Below are positions 20,652 to 30,175 of a stretch of DNA of 64,000 bases, in pieces (within the stretch, counting starts at the first letter, position 1; each line of letters begins with the position of its first letter). Under the pieces are notes generated by a model, which had not been told where the DNA came from, made no database searches, and saw only the letters and a list, made by a program, of their open reading frames with translations. Position numbers and translations under genes: made by a program. The stretch lies in the NCBI GenBank assembly GCA_029881495.1, contig JAOUMJ010000013.1:3954-67953 (forward strand), given 5' to 3'. This stretch comes from Nitrospinota bacterium. GTDB lineage: Bacteria > Nitrospinota_A > UBA7883 > JACRGQ01.

Positions 20652-21596
20652 ATGGAATTCGTAAAAGCGGGTCAAACGGATCAGTTGGTATCGAGGCTCG
20701 GTTTTGGCGGTTGCCCGATGGGGAAACATGGATGGGGAGAAGTCAGCGAAAAAAATCTGCTCGAAGCGATCGACTATGCAATCGAAAACGGAGTGACACT
20801 TTTCGATACTGCCGATGTGTACGGCTTGGGTGAATCGGAAAAACTGCTGGGCGCAGGATTGAAAAAAAGAAGGAAGAGGGCTGTTATTGCCACAAAATTC
20901 GGTGTGAGGTTCGATTCAAAAATGAAGGCGTATTACGATAACAGCGAAAAATGGATGAGGCACTCGATAGAGAATAGCCTTAATAATTTCGGAACGGATT
21001 ATATAGACATTTACCAGGTTCACAACCTGGACCGCGTAACACCTCTTGCTGACGTTATAGGAAATCTTTTGCGGCTTAAGGAAGAGGGAAAGCTGAGGTA
21101 CATCGGGTTGTCGAACATCACATACCAAGATGTGGAACAGATTGTGTTGCCAAAAGAGGTTGTTAGTTTCCAGGTGGAATATTCTCTCGCAAACAGGAAT
21201 AACGAGAGTGACATAAGGGAAATCACCAAAAATAAAAAATTGAATTTATGGTCGTGGGGTAGTCTTGCCCAGGGTCTATTAAGCGGAAAATACGATGAAA
21301 ATTCGGTATTCGATGAAAAGGATAGAAGAAACAGGCCGGAATATGTTAATTTCCACGGTGAAAAACTTAAAAAAAATCTTGAAATAATTAAAAAAATGAA
21401 AGAGATATCGAAAATAACCGGTATGCAATTATCACAGATAGCTGTAAAATGGATTGCCGAATACATGGAAAAGAGCGTAGTCCTAGTTGGGATCAAAAGA
21501 GTTGAACAGATCAAGTCCTGCATAGATGCTTTCAGGGAACCGCTAAACAGGGAACATGTTCAGATGCTTGATGAGATTTCAAAAGTATATTCCTAG
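20652..21596 (+). CDS. Aldo/keto reductase
   Basis: FDTADVYG.G.SE, IATKFG, DYIDIYQVH, YIGLSN, LAQGLLSGK. Confidence 0.92.
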   Translation: MEFVKAGQTDQLVSRLGFGGCPMGKHGWGEVSEKNLLEAIDYAIENGVTLFDTADVYGLGESEKLLGAGLKKRRKRAVIATKFGVRFDSKMKAYYDNSEKWMRHSIENSLNNFGTDYIDIYQVHNLDRVTPLADVIGNLLRLKEEGKLRYIGLSNITYQDVEQIVLPKEVVSFQVEYSLANRNNESDIREITKNKKLNLWSWGSLAQGLLSGKYDENSVFDEKDRRNRPEYVNFHGEKLKKNLEIIKKMKEISKITGMQLSQIAVKWIAEYMEKSVVLVGIKRVEQIKSCIDAFREPLNREHVQMLDEISKVYS

Positions 21597-21751
21597 CGGG
21601 ATATTTTTTTATCGTAAACGCTTTTATTCAAACTTCAAATGTCATCCGGGTTTTCGGTGGCATCTCAGGGTGGCAATATGAGTGTATTGACAGGCGGAAA
21701 CGCCAGTAGGAAAGGGTAAATAGTAATTTGGAAATTATTTGGGATAGAAAG

Positions 21752-22834
21752 ATGTTTGGCAAAAAACTGCTGGAAAAATTCGTTTCGGAACTGGGACCGC
21801 TGGTAAATCCGGAAAATGAAACGCACAAGATAGATATAAGCGGGATATCTGCCAAGGATCTTCTTAAGATGCTAGAACTGATGTTAATTATCCGTTATAC
21901 GGAAGAGGCAATAGGAGACCTTATCAAGAGCGGTTACGCAAAATGCCCCTGCCATCTGGGAATAGGGCAGGAAGCCGTTGCGGTAGGGATTTCTCATCAC
22001 CTCACCGGTGAGGACAAGATATTCAGCGGGCATCGTTCGCATCCGCATTTCCTCGCGCTGGGAACGGAAGTTGACCTGCTTTTATGTGAAGTACTTGGGA
22101 AGGAGAACGGCAGTTCGCACGGTATGGGTGGGTCTCAGCATCTTGTTGCTTTGGACAAGGGCTTTGTCGGTTCGGTTCCTATTGTGGCAGGAACTATACC
22201 TCTGGCCGTTGGGGCCGCTCTCGCTACCAAATTCGACGGGAAAGGGAATATTGCTGTTGCATATTTCGGAGACGGTGCCTCTGAAGAGGGTGGACTGCAT
22301 GAATCACTGAATTTTGCCTCGAAGATGTCGCTACCAGTTCTATTCGTTTGCGAGAACAACCTCTTCGCAAGTCATCTCGACATAAGCTACCGTCAACCAA
22401 GCGACAGGATATCTCGCTTTGCCGATGCTCATAAGGTTCCTAGCATAGTAGTGGACGGTAATGACGTTGCCGCCGTTTCAAAAGCGGCTGGACAATTCAT
22501 TTCGAACTGCAGGCAGGGAAAGGGGCCCGGTTTTATAGAGGCGATAACCTACAGATGGAAAGGGCATGTCGGCTATGAAGAAAATATCGACGTAGGTTTG
22601 AGAAGGAAAGAAAAAGATTTGATAGCCTGGAAAAAGCGCGACCCGATAATGCGATTGAAGGAAGCACTGATAGCAGATGGAAAATTAACCGCGCAGGAAT
22701 ATCAGAGTATTCAGGGAAAACAAAAGATGAAAGTGGACAAGGCTGTTGTAAAAGCAAAGGAATCGAACTATCCGGAGGACTCGGCACTTCTCGATATGGT
22801 GTATGTGAACAGGAATAAAAATGACGGGAAATAA
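21752..22834 (+). CDS. ThDP-dependent dehydrogenase E1 alpha-like subunit
   Basis: HLGIGQEA, HRSH, GMGGSQH, FGDGASEEG..N thiamine motif, TYRWKGH. Confidence 0.92.
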   Translation: MFGKKLLEKFVSELGPLVNPENETHKIDISGISAKDLLKMLELMLIIRYTEEAIGDLIKSGYAKCPCHLGIGQEAVAVGISHHLTGEDKIFSGHRSHPHFLALGTEVDLLLCEVLGKENGSSHGMGGSQHLVALDKGFVGSVPIVAGTIPLAVGAALATKFDGKGNIAVAYFGDGASEEGGLHESLNFASKMSLPVLFVCENNLFASHLDISYRQPSDRISRFADAHKVPSIVVDGNDVAAVSKAAGQFISNCRQGKGPGFIEAITYRWKGHVGYEENIDVGLRRKEKDLIAWKKRDPIMRLKEALIADGKLTAQEYQSIQGKQKMKVDKAVVKAKESNYPEDSALLDMVYVNRNKNDGK

Positions 22835-23816
22835 GGTGAACTACGGCTCAGCTATAAGGGAAGGATTTGCCTACCTGCTAAAAAATTATCCTGAGGTCTT
22901 TATATTGGGGCAAGGGCTCTGGAGTCCGTGGTATGTCGGGAATTCAATGACCGGACTTGAAAAGGAATTCGGCGAGGAAAAGATAATTGATACGCCCGTG
23001 TCGGAACTTGCATGTACGGGAGCTGCCATCGGCGCATCGCTGTGTGGCTACAGGCCTGTTGTAGTCCATCCGAGGATGGATTTCATGATCCTTGCAGCAG
23101 ATCAAATAGTGAATCAGGCAGCCAAGTGGAGGCACATGCTTGGTGGGCAATCATCACCTTCAGTAACTATACGCGCTATTATCAACCGTGGAGGAGAGCA
23201 GGGAGCACAGCATTCACAGGCGCTTCATTCATGGTTTGCGCACATACCCGGACTTCGGGTGGTAATGCCGACTACGGTACAGGATGCAAGGGATCTCTTG
23301 ATCGCCTCGGTGCTCTGCGACGATCCGGTCATGTATATCGACGACAGGTGGTTGTACGACCTGGAGGACGATCTCCCCGAACCCAAAGAACTGGTTCTTG
23401 CTGATGTATATCCGCAAATACTTAAAGACGGGAAGGATGTGACAATTGTTGCGGCAGGTTATTCGGTCCGTATGGCGCTTGAAGCTGCAGCTGAGCTTGA
23501 GCAAAAGGGTGTTGCCGCGGAAGTGATCGACTTGCGTGTTATAAACCCGCTGGATGAAACCGTAATGGTTAACTCCGTGAAAAAAACCGGCCGACTTTTG
23601 GCTGTAGACGGTGGATGGCAGACATGCGGTCTGGCAGGAGAGATCATCGCATGCATCATGGAAAAGATAGACGTGTCAAAGATGAAATCCTCTCCTGGGA
23701 GAATAACATTGCCCCATGCTCCGGCGCCGACAAGCAAGCCGCTTGAGGAGATTTACTATCCGAAGGCCAGTGCGATAACAGATATGGCGATGAAACAGGT
23801 ACAAAGGCGGATATAA
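22821..23816 (+). CDS. ThDP-dependent dehydrogenase E1 beta-like subunit
   Basis: DTPVSE, DQIVNQAAK, GAQHSQ, EVIDLR..PLD, SVKKTGRL. Confidence 0.92.
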   Translation: MTGNKVNYGSAIREGFAYLLKNYPEVFILGQGLWSPWYVGNSMTGLEKEFGEEKIIDTPVSELACTGAAIGASLCGYRPVVVHPRMDFMILAADQIVNQAAKWRHMLGGQSSPSVTIRAIINRGGEQGAQHSQALHSWFAHIPGLRVVMPTTVQDARDLLIASVLCDDPVMYIDDRWLYDLEDDLPEPKELVLADVYPQILKDGKDVTIVAAGYSVRMALEAAAELEQKGVAAEVIDLRVINPLDETVMVNSVKKTGRLLAVDGGWQTCGLAGEIIACIMEKIDVSKMKSSPGRITLPHAPAPTSKPLEEIYYPKASAITDMAMKQVQRRI

Positions 23817-23871
23817 CAGCTCCTCGAAATTCCAATATTTCCCGCGCCATGCAGGCACGATAGATCAAAAT

Positions 23872-24462
23872 ATGAATTCCAATAATCAAAAAGCTGTTTT
23901 CCTGGATCGCGACGGGACGATAAACGTAGAGAAAAACTACATTAAGTCTCCGGAAGAAATACAGCTTATACCAGGTTCGTCAGATGCAATAGCAATGTTC
24001 AACAGAGCCGGCTACCTTGTGTTCGGCATTACTAACCAGTCGGGTGTTGCAAGAGGCTATTTTAAAGTTGAGGACGTACTTAAAGTGAACGCTAGGGTTT
24101 CGGAGCTTGTATCCGGTGAGGGAGGGGAGATAAAGGAAATTTTCTTCTGTCCTCATCATACTGAAGGAAAGATACCGGAGTACACGATAAAGTGCGAATG
24201 CCGCAAGCCAGGGAAGGGGATGATAATTAGCGCCGCAGAAAAATACTCCCTTGACCTTGACGGGATGATTGTCATCGGGGACAAGATATGCGACGTTGAA
24301 CTTGGCTACAGAATGAACGCGAAAACCGCCATGGTTGGCACAGGGTATGGAAACGAAGAGTATAAAGCGCTTCTCGCTTCGGGAAGCAGGTTGCCGGATG
24401 TTTACGCCAAAGATCTCCTGGAAGCGGCTAAGACCTTTCTTGGTCAGAAACCAGGCGAATAG
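23872..24462 (+). CDS. gmhB: D-glycero-D-manno-heptose 1,7-bisphosphate phosphatase-like HAD IIIA enzyme (copy 1)
   Basis: FLDRDGTIN, TNQSG, CPHH..C.CRKP, IGDK..D. Confidence 0.85.
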   Translation: MNSNNQKAVFLDRDGTINVEKNYIKSPEEIQLIPGSSDAIAMFNRAGYLVFGITNQSGVARGYFKVEDVLKVNARVSELVSGEGGEIKEIFFCPHHTEGKIPEYTIKCECRKPGKGMIISAAEKYSLDLDGMIVIGDKICDVELGYRMNAKTAMVGTGYGNEEYKALLASGSRLPDVYAKDLLEAAKTFLGQKPGE

Positions 24463-24510
24463 CCGATATGGGGCGAGTACGATGATCAAGGCCGGTTGGA
24501 ATCGAAAAAA

Positions 24511-24587
24511 TGGTGCCGGTGGAGGGACTCGAACCCCCGACTCCGTGAATATGAGTCACGTGCTCTAACCACCTGAGCTACACCGGC
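24511..24587 (-). tRNA. tRNA with CAT anticodon, probably elongator tRNA-Met, encoded CCA
   Basis: Reverse complement GCCGGTGTAGCTCAGGTGGTTAGAGCACGTGACTCATATTCACGGAGTCGGGGGTTCGAGTCCCTCCACCGGCACCA folds as a cloverleaf; lacks the initiator GGG/CCC anticodon stem; Ile2 not fully excluded. Confidence 0.95.
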
Positions 24588-24686
24588 AATATCTCTCCAT
24601 ACAGTCGGCTATCAATCCAACCACCTTCCAGTTTCAATCTCTTCAGCGATCCCCTGATTGAATCCCTTCTCCGTATGGAACATGTG

Positions 24687-24715
24687 ATTATGAAACCTCA
24701 TGATTTTCATGTCAA
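24687..24715 (-). promoter_or_regulatory. Sigma70-type promoter for the tRNA
   Basis: Minus strand TTGACA-17 nt-CATAAT about 100 nt upstream of the tRNA. Confidence 0.7.
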
Positions 24716-24767
24716 TATGTAAAAACCGTTTCTGCCAATCTTGGTTCAAAATGATATAATTCCCAGG

Positions 24768-25448
24768 ATGAAAAGGGTATTAGTGGCTATCGTCCTCGCA
24801 GTGGGGATACTCTACGCTTCAGACTCATTTTCACTAAATCACATGATATCCATTCAAAATAGAATGATACATGCCTCGGGCAGTACCATGAAAACACCCC
24901 CTCCCACTTCCCCGTCGGGGGCACAGCCGTCTTCCAGAGGGAAGTCGGTCAGGCAGATGCCGAGAGTATCTTCGGGGAAAAAGGGGGGCAAAAGCGGGGA
25001 TAACGGCTCCGGGGTATCATCCTATACAATCAAGGGCAAAGCTTCGGGCCAGCCTGGCGTGCCGGGCTTTTCCACCCAGGATGAGGACGTAGAGGATCTA
25101 ATTGACAGGCTTGCCGAAGTCCAGGAGCGAAGAAGGATCGCCGTGGTCGCCGATAACGGCAGTACCAGATTCGAGGCGGAGGGGATGTTTTCGGGGATAG
25201 ACGACCAGCTCCGGTTCGAGACCGAATCTGGCCGGGTCTTTGTGGATATTGATTCGATTAGCTCTATTGTTTTCGGGGAAAAAGATCTGAACATGCTCCC
25301 GGTCACGGTCCATATGGTCAATGGCAAGGCAATTCGCGGGAATATATATGTCAAATATGTTTTGGAGTTTCTCAGCGAGGACACTGTCATTGCCACCTAC
25401 GCCAGCCAGCTGAATTCCGTCCGGTTTCTGGATTCAGGCTCACAGTAG
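24768..25448 (+). CDS. Hypothetical exported protein
   Basis: Signal-peptide-like N-terminus, Ser/Gly/Pro/Lys-rich linker, C-terminal beta-rich region. Confidence 0.6.
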   Translation: MKRVLVAIVLAVGILYASDSFSLNHMISIQNRMIHASGSTMKTPPPTSPSGAQPSSRGKSVRQMPRVSSGKKGGKSGDNGSGVSSYTIKGKASGQPGVPGFSTQDEDVEDLIDRLAEVQERRRIAVVADNGSTRFEAEGMFSGIDDQLRFETESGRVFVDIDSISSIVFGEKDLNMLPVTVHMVNGKAIRGNIYVKYVLEFLSEDTVIATYASQLNSVRFLDSGSQ

Positions 25449-25456
25449 GCTCAACA

Positions 25457-26038
25457 ATGGGGCGGAAAAAACCTGTAATTGTGCTGGCTATTTCCGGCGC
25501 CTCCGGGAGCCTTTACGGGAAAGAGATTTTTGAGGCACTTTTTTCGGTCGGCATCGAAATTCACCTGATAATCACAGATACCGCAACCAAGATCATGAAG
25601 GATGAGATATCCCTTGATCTATCCTTCTTCAGCAAACCCGGCGTCATTTGCCATGACAACCACAGATTCGATGTTCCGGTCGCTTCCGGCTCTTTCCTGA
25701 CCTCCGGAATGGTGATTGCCCCCTGTTCCATGGGGTGCCTTGGCAGGATCGCCTCAGGGGTCTCTTCAGACCTCCTGACAAGGGTGGCCGATGTCCACCT
25801 CAAGGAGGGGCGCAAACTCATCCTCCTGCCGCGTGAAACCCCCTTATCAGCCATCCATCTGGAAAATATGTTCAAGCTCTCTCGAGCTGGAGCGACAATC
25901 ATGCCCCCAATGCCCCCCCACACCAGCAGGCCCGCTTCAGTAGCCGATATGGCCAAAATAATGGCCAGCAGGGTGCTGGATCAACTAGGGATTGAAAACG
26001 ACCTCTCCCCACGTTACGAAGGGGCCCAAAGGGCTTAA
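25457..26038 (+). CDS. ubiX: Flavin prenyltransferase
   Basis: AISGASGS.YG, ASGS, APCSM, RVADVHLKEGR.L.L.PRETP. Confidence 0.93.
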   Translation: MGRKKPVIVLAISGASGSLYGKEIFEALFSVGIEIHLIITDTATKIMKDEISLDLSFFSKPGVICHDNHRFDVPVASGSFLTSGMVIAPCSMGCLGRIASGVSSDLLTRVADVHLKEGRKLILLPRETPLSAIHLENMFKLSRAGATIMPPMPPHTSRPASVADMAKIMASRVLDQLGIENDLSPRYEGAQRA

Positions 26039-26049
26039 AATGACCCGGA

Positions 26050-26832
26050 ATGGCTGAAATAAGAGTGCTTTTCCTGGGAAGCGGCACATCAACGGGTGTC
26101 CCGATGATAGGATGCGATTGCGCCACATGCAAATCGGTCAACCCCAAGGACAAAAGGCTCCGATCCTCTGTTCTCATGCGGTGGGAGGATGGGGGTATTG
26201 AAAGGAGTGTGCTTATAGACACCTCTACCGACCTGCGTCAGCAGGCTTTGAACAATGACCTCAAGCGGATAGATTCAGTCCTCTTTACCCATGCACACGC
26301 CGACCATATTCATGGCATCGATGAACTCCGCAGTTTCAATTATCTGCAGAATCAGATCATCCCATGCTACGGCTCTGAACATACGCTCTCGCGCATTAAA
26401 ACGATGTTCGATTATATCTTTACCGGTACGGAGCCGGGGGGAGGGAAACCGCGCCTCTCCCTGCACCCAGTTTCGGGCGGCTTCGACCTTTTCGGCAGAA
26501 GGGTGGAGTCGCTCCCAGCGATGCACGGAAAGCTCGAGGTCTTCGGGTATCGGGTTGGCTCGGTCGCGTATATAACAGACTGCAATTTCATCCCTGAAAC
26601 GACTTTGAAAAAGATGGAAGGGGTGAAACTTCTGGTCATCGGCGCGGTGCAGATATCAAGGCATGTTACTCATTTCAAGATCGACGAAGCGATTGATATA
26701 TCCAGGAGGGTAGGGGCCGAAAAAACCTACCTGACACATCTGAACCATCAGATAAAGCATGATGTTGTTTCTTGTACACTTCCTGAAAATGTGTTCCTTG
26801 CGTACGATGGCCTCGAAAAGGTATCGGGTTAA
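26050..26832 (+). CDS. MBL-fold metallo-hydrolase (PhnP family)
   Basis: LGSGTSTGVP..GCDC..C, THAHADHIHG, YITD, THLNH, AYDGL. Confidence 0.92.
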   Translation: MAEIRVLFLGSGTSTGVPMIGCDCATCKSVNPKDKRLRSSVLMRWEDGGIERSVLIDTSTDLRQQALNNDLKRIDSVLFTHAHADHIHGIDELRSFNYLQNQIIPCYGSEHTLSRIKTMFDYIFTGTEPGGGKPRLSLHPVSGGFDLFGRRVESLPAMHGKLEVFGYRVGSVAYITDCNFIPETTLKKMEGVKLLVIGAVQISRHVTHFKIDEAIDISRRVGAEKTYLTHLNHQIKHDVVSCTLPENVFLAYDGLEKVSG

Positions 26833-26859
26833 GAGTGGGCTTTAAGCAGATATAATTGC

Positions 26860-27447
26860 ATGATGAAGAAAACGAAAGTGGCTTTTCTGGACCGCGACGG
26901 TACGATCAACGAGGAAAAGGGGTATATAAAGGAGCCCTCCGAAATAGAGATCATCTCGGGTTCGGCCGGTGCAGTGGAAAAACTGAACAAGGCCGGTTAT
27001 CTGGTTTTCGGAATTTCAAATCAGTCGGGAATTGCGCGGGGATATTTTTCAGTTGATGACGTTTTGAAAGTCAACCGCAGAACGATCGAACTGGTCGGCG
27101 AAGGGGGCGGTGAAATTATCGAGATATTCTTTTGCCCCCATCATCCGGAAGGGAGTGTTCCTGAATATTCCATGAAGTGTGGATGCAGAAAGCCCGGCAC
27201 CAACCTGATAACCGAGGCTTCGGAAAAGTACGGTTTGGAATTTACCGAAAAGATCGTGATCGGTGACAAGATCTGTGACTTGGAACTAGGGAAAAGGATT
27301 GGCGCCGTAACGGTATTGGTTGCCACAGGCTATGGGGCATCCGAGCGGAAGAATCTGGAAGAGATGCAGATGGCTGGTCCTGATCTCCATGCGGAAAACC
27401 TTGCTCAAGCCGTGGATCTGATTCTTGGAAATTCCAACTCCGGCTAA
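26860..27447 (+). CDS. gmhB: GmhB-like HAD IIIA phosphatase (copy 2)
   Basis: FLDRDGTIN, SNQSG, CPHHP..C.CRKP, IGDK..D. Confidence 0.85.
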   Translation: MMKKTKVAFLDRDGTINEEKGYIKEPSEIEIISGSAGAVEKLNKAGYLVFGISNQSGIARGYFSVDDVLKVNRRTIELVGEGGGEIIEIFFCPHHPEGSVPEYSMKCGCRKPGTNLITEASEKYGLEFTEKIVIGDKICDLELGKRIGAVTVLVATGYGASERKNLEEMQMAGPDLHAENLAQAVDLILGNSNSG

Positions 27448-27487
27448 AAGATATGTCTCACAGTACCAACGAACGGATAGAAAGCCG

Positions 27488-29026
27488 CTAAAAGACCGAT
27501 ATCTCAAAGCGGTCCGGGGGGAGTTCGGACGATTCTTTTATCGTTAGGCTGAAGCCGTGATCCTTCTCCAGTTTTGCGATAAATTCGCTTTCATCTTCAG
27601 CGAGTGTTGCGGATACTTCCGGCGGTACTTCTACTATGATCCTCCGAACCTTTGGAATTTGCGCAAGCGATTTCTTTATCGCGCGGAATATCTCGTAGCT
27701 GATAGTTTCCGGTGATTTCGTGACCCCCTTACCGTCGCAGCATGGGCATGCGTTACACATGATCTTGTTGAGGCTGTCCCTGGTCCGTTTTCGCGTCATC
27801 TCCACAAGGCCGAGCTCGGAAACCTGCAGGATCTTGGTTCTCGACCTGTCCTGCTTTAAGGTCAGCTCAAGTATGTTGAATACTTTCTTCTTGTTCTCCT
27901 CTTTCTCCATATCGATAAAATCGATAATTATCAGGCCGCCGATATTCCTTACCCTCAACTGTGAAACTATCTCCTTAACAGCCTCGATATTTGTCTTCAA
28001 TATCGTATCTTCCTGGGACTCCTTGCCGACGAACTTGCCGGTGTTCACGTCTATCGCGGTCAGCGCTTCGGTTTGATCGATAATTATATAGCCCCCCGAT
28101 TTCAGCCAGACCTTTCGCCCGAGCGCTCTTTCTATCTCAACTTCAAGGCCAAATACCTCGAAGATCGGTTCCGACTGCGTGTATAGTTCCACTTCCAGAT
28201 TCTTGCTCTCCAGATAGGAGCCGGCAAATTCCAAAATCCTGTCGTGCTCATCGCTGTTGTCGATGGTGATCCTCCCTACCTCTGGGAGGTAAAGGTCGCG
28301 TATGGATCTAAGGACGATGTCCAAATCCCTGTGGAGAAGGGAAGGGGTTGCCGCTCTCTCATTTTTATTGACGATCGTTTCCCACATTTTTTCCAGGAAT
28401 CTGATATCGCTCAGAAGTTCCTCTTCCGATACGTTCTCGGCGGCGGTTCTTATAATGTAGCCTCGCCCGTTCGACCTGAGTTTCTTTACAAGTGATTTCA
28501 GCCTTGTCGTTTCATCCTGGTTTTCAATGCGCCTGGAAATCCCGATCTGGTTTACCATCGGCATATAGACAAGATATCTCCCCGGCATTGTAATGTATGT
28601 GGTTATCCTTGCCCCCTTGGACCCCATAGGGTCCTTGTTTACCTGGACCATAAGTTCCTGTCCTTCGGAGAGGAAGTTTTCAATGTTGGGGGAGTCCTCC
28701 CCTGAACCATGATGTGCCGAGTATGGGGTCAAAAACTCATCTCCGTTTTCCGTTCCGGTATTTGGAGTAGTGAAAAATGTTGTTATCGAGTTATCCCTGT
28801 TTGGATTGATATCCCGCTGGTGGAGGAAACCGGCTTTTTCCAGGCCGATATCCACGAAGGCGACCTGCATGCCTGGCAGGATCTTGGTTACGCGCCCCTT
28901 GTATATATTCCCGGCTATCCCCTTACTGTCTTTTCTTTCGACAAATATTTCGGCGAGATTCCTGTTCTCAAGAAGAGCGACCCTTGTTTCAAAAGGGCTC
29001 ACATTGATTACGATTTCCTTGCTCAT
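27488..29026 (-). CDS. rng: Ribonuclease G (Rne/Rng family)
   Basis: GNIYKGRV...LPGMQ.AFVDIG, TEALTAIDVNTG, RNIGGLIIIDFIDM, GLVEMTRKR, C..C.G.G. Confidence 0.95.
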   Translation of the reverse strand: MSKEIVINVSPFETRVALLENRNLAEIFVERKDSKGIAGNIYKGRVTKILPGMQVAFVDIGLEKAGFLHQRDINPNRDNSITTFFTTPNTGTENGDEFLTPYSAHHGSGEDSPNIENFLSEGQELMVQVNKDPMGSKGARITTYITMPGRYLVYMPMVNQIGISRRIENQDETTRLKSLVKKLRSNGRGYIIRTAAENVSEEELLSDIRFLEKMWETIVNKNERAATPSLLHRDLDIVLRSIRDLYLPEVGRITIDNSDEHDRILEFAGSYLESKNLEVELYTQSEPIFEVFGLEVEIERALGRKVWLKSGGYIIIDQTEALTAIDVNTGKFVGKESQEDTILKTNIEAVKEIVSQLRVRNIGGLIIIDFIDMEKEENKKKVFNILELTLKQDRSRTKILQVSELGLVEMTRKRTRDSLNKIMCNACPCCDGKGVTKSPETISYEIFRAIKKSLAQIPKVRRIIVEVPPEVSATLAEDESEFIAKLEKDHGFSLTIKESSELPPDRFEISVF

Positions 29027-29154
29027 TTTATGGGGGATATTTTAACGTATTTTACTGGCTGAATATTATGTTTTGCCAACTTTCAGGAAACATGGACAAA
29101 TACATGGAAAGTAATTGCTTGTTTTGTCTCTTTTTGTAAATTATCATTATAACT

Positions 29155-29358
29155 ATGTTTAATTTTGGTATCTGGGAACTACTGATAATTCTGGTAATCA
29201 TAGTGCTCCTTTTTGGTGTTAAAAGGATTCCACAACTCGGTACAAGTCTGGGTGAAGGGATCAAGAACTTCACGAAATCATTCAAATCCGAAGATGCCAA
29301 TAGCGAAAAAAAAGAACCGCTTGAAAGCAGCGACAACAGTAAAAATAATACCACGTGA
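29155..29358 (+). CDS. tatA: Twin-arginine translocase TatA
   Basis: [31 protein letters not shown]. Confidence 0.92.
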   Translation: MFNFGIWELLIILVIIVLLFGVKRIPQLGTSLGEGIKNFTKSFKSEDANSEKKEPLESSDNSKNNTT

Positions 29359-29438
29359 GTAACAGTCGTTGAACCATATTTCCTTCCCAATAACGGGAAG
29401 TTTCGCAGGATGTAACAACACGGAAAGCTGAGTTTGCG

Positions 29439-29693
29439 ATGTTTGGATTGGGATTCACTGAACTGCTGGTTATAATGGTCATAGCCCTTATTTTCATCGG
29501 GCCGAGCAAACTGCCTGAAGTTGCGAGATCCGTTGGCAGAGGATACAGGGAGCTTCAAAGGGCCATTTCAGGCATTAAGGACGAAGTGGAAGATTTCAAT
29601 CAGGAACTTAAAAAAGAGGAAAAAACCGGGCCGGAAAAGCAGGCTGAAAAAAGTGGAACAGGCGAAGCAGAAAACAGTGAGAAGAAGCTGTAA
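29439..29693 (+). CDS. tatB: Twin-arginine translocase TatB/TatA-family subunit
   Basis: MFGLGFTELLVIMVIALIFIGPSKLPEVARSVG. Confidence 0.8.
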   Translation: MFGLGFTELLVIMVIALIFIGPSKLPEVARSVGRGYRELQRAISGIKDEVEDFNQELKKEEKTGPEKQAEKSGTGEAENSEKKL

Positions 29694-29798
29694 GCCATAG
29701 GGAATTGGCCGAATTTTTGAAACGTTTTCTGATATATTGAATCTAACATTTTGGTATTAGTTATTTTAAAATTACGAAATTTGTAGTTGGAGGTTTTA

Positions 29799-30125
29799 AT
29801 GTCTGAATCGGTTGATGTTTATACGGATGATAATTTCAATACAAAGGTGGAAAAAGCTGATTCCCTGACGATAGTGGACTTCTGGGCGGAATGGTGCGCC
29901 CCGTGCCGGATGCTCAGCCCGACCGTGGCGGAGCTGGCAGAAGAAAACAAGGGGGTCATTAACGTTGGGAAGCTTAACGTCGATGAGAATCCTCAGACCG
30001 CCTCAAAATTCGGAATACGTGGGATACCGACGATCCTGTTTTTCAAAAACGGAGAGGTTAAGGAACAGCTGGTAGGCGTCAGGCCGAAAACCGAGATACA
30101 GGCTGTTATAAACAAGCATAAATAA
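29799..30125 (+). CDS. trxA: Thioredoxin
   Basis: VDFWAEWCAPC, GIRGIPT; GGAGG RBS before ATG 29799. Confidence 0.95.
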   Translation: MSESVDVYTDDNFNTKVEKADSLTIVDFWAEWCAPCRMLSPTVAELAEENKGVINVGKLNVDENPQTASKFGIRGIPTILFFKNGEVKEQLVGVRPKTEIQAVINKHK

Positions 30126-30137
30126 AATTGACTGAGA

Positions 30138-30170
30138 ATCCCGGACGGCTATCGAAAGGCTGTTTGGGAT
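30138..30170. terminator. Hairpin between the convergent trxA and flgG-like genes
   Basis: ATCCCGGACGGC...GCTGTTTGGGAT 12-bp stem with G-U pairs. Confidence 0.5.
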
Positions 30171-30175
30171 ATCTC

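Noticed and set aside
29052..29558. 168-aa minus-strand ORF
   Set aside because: Antisense to the clear tatA/tatB genes
29155..29693. tatA/tatB without tatC
   Set aside because: Split tat loci are common; tatC is probably elsewhere in the genome
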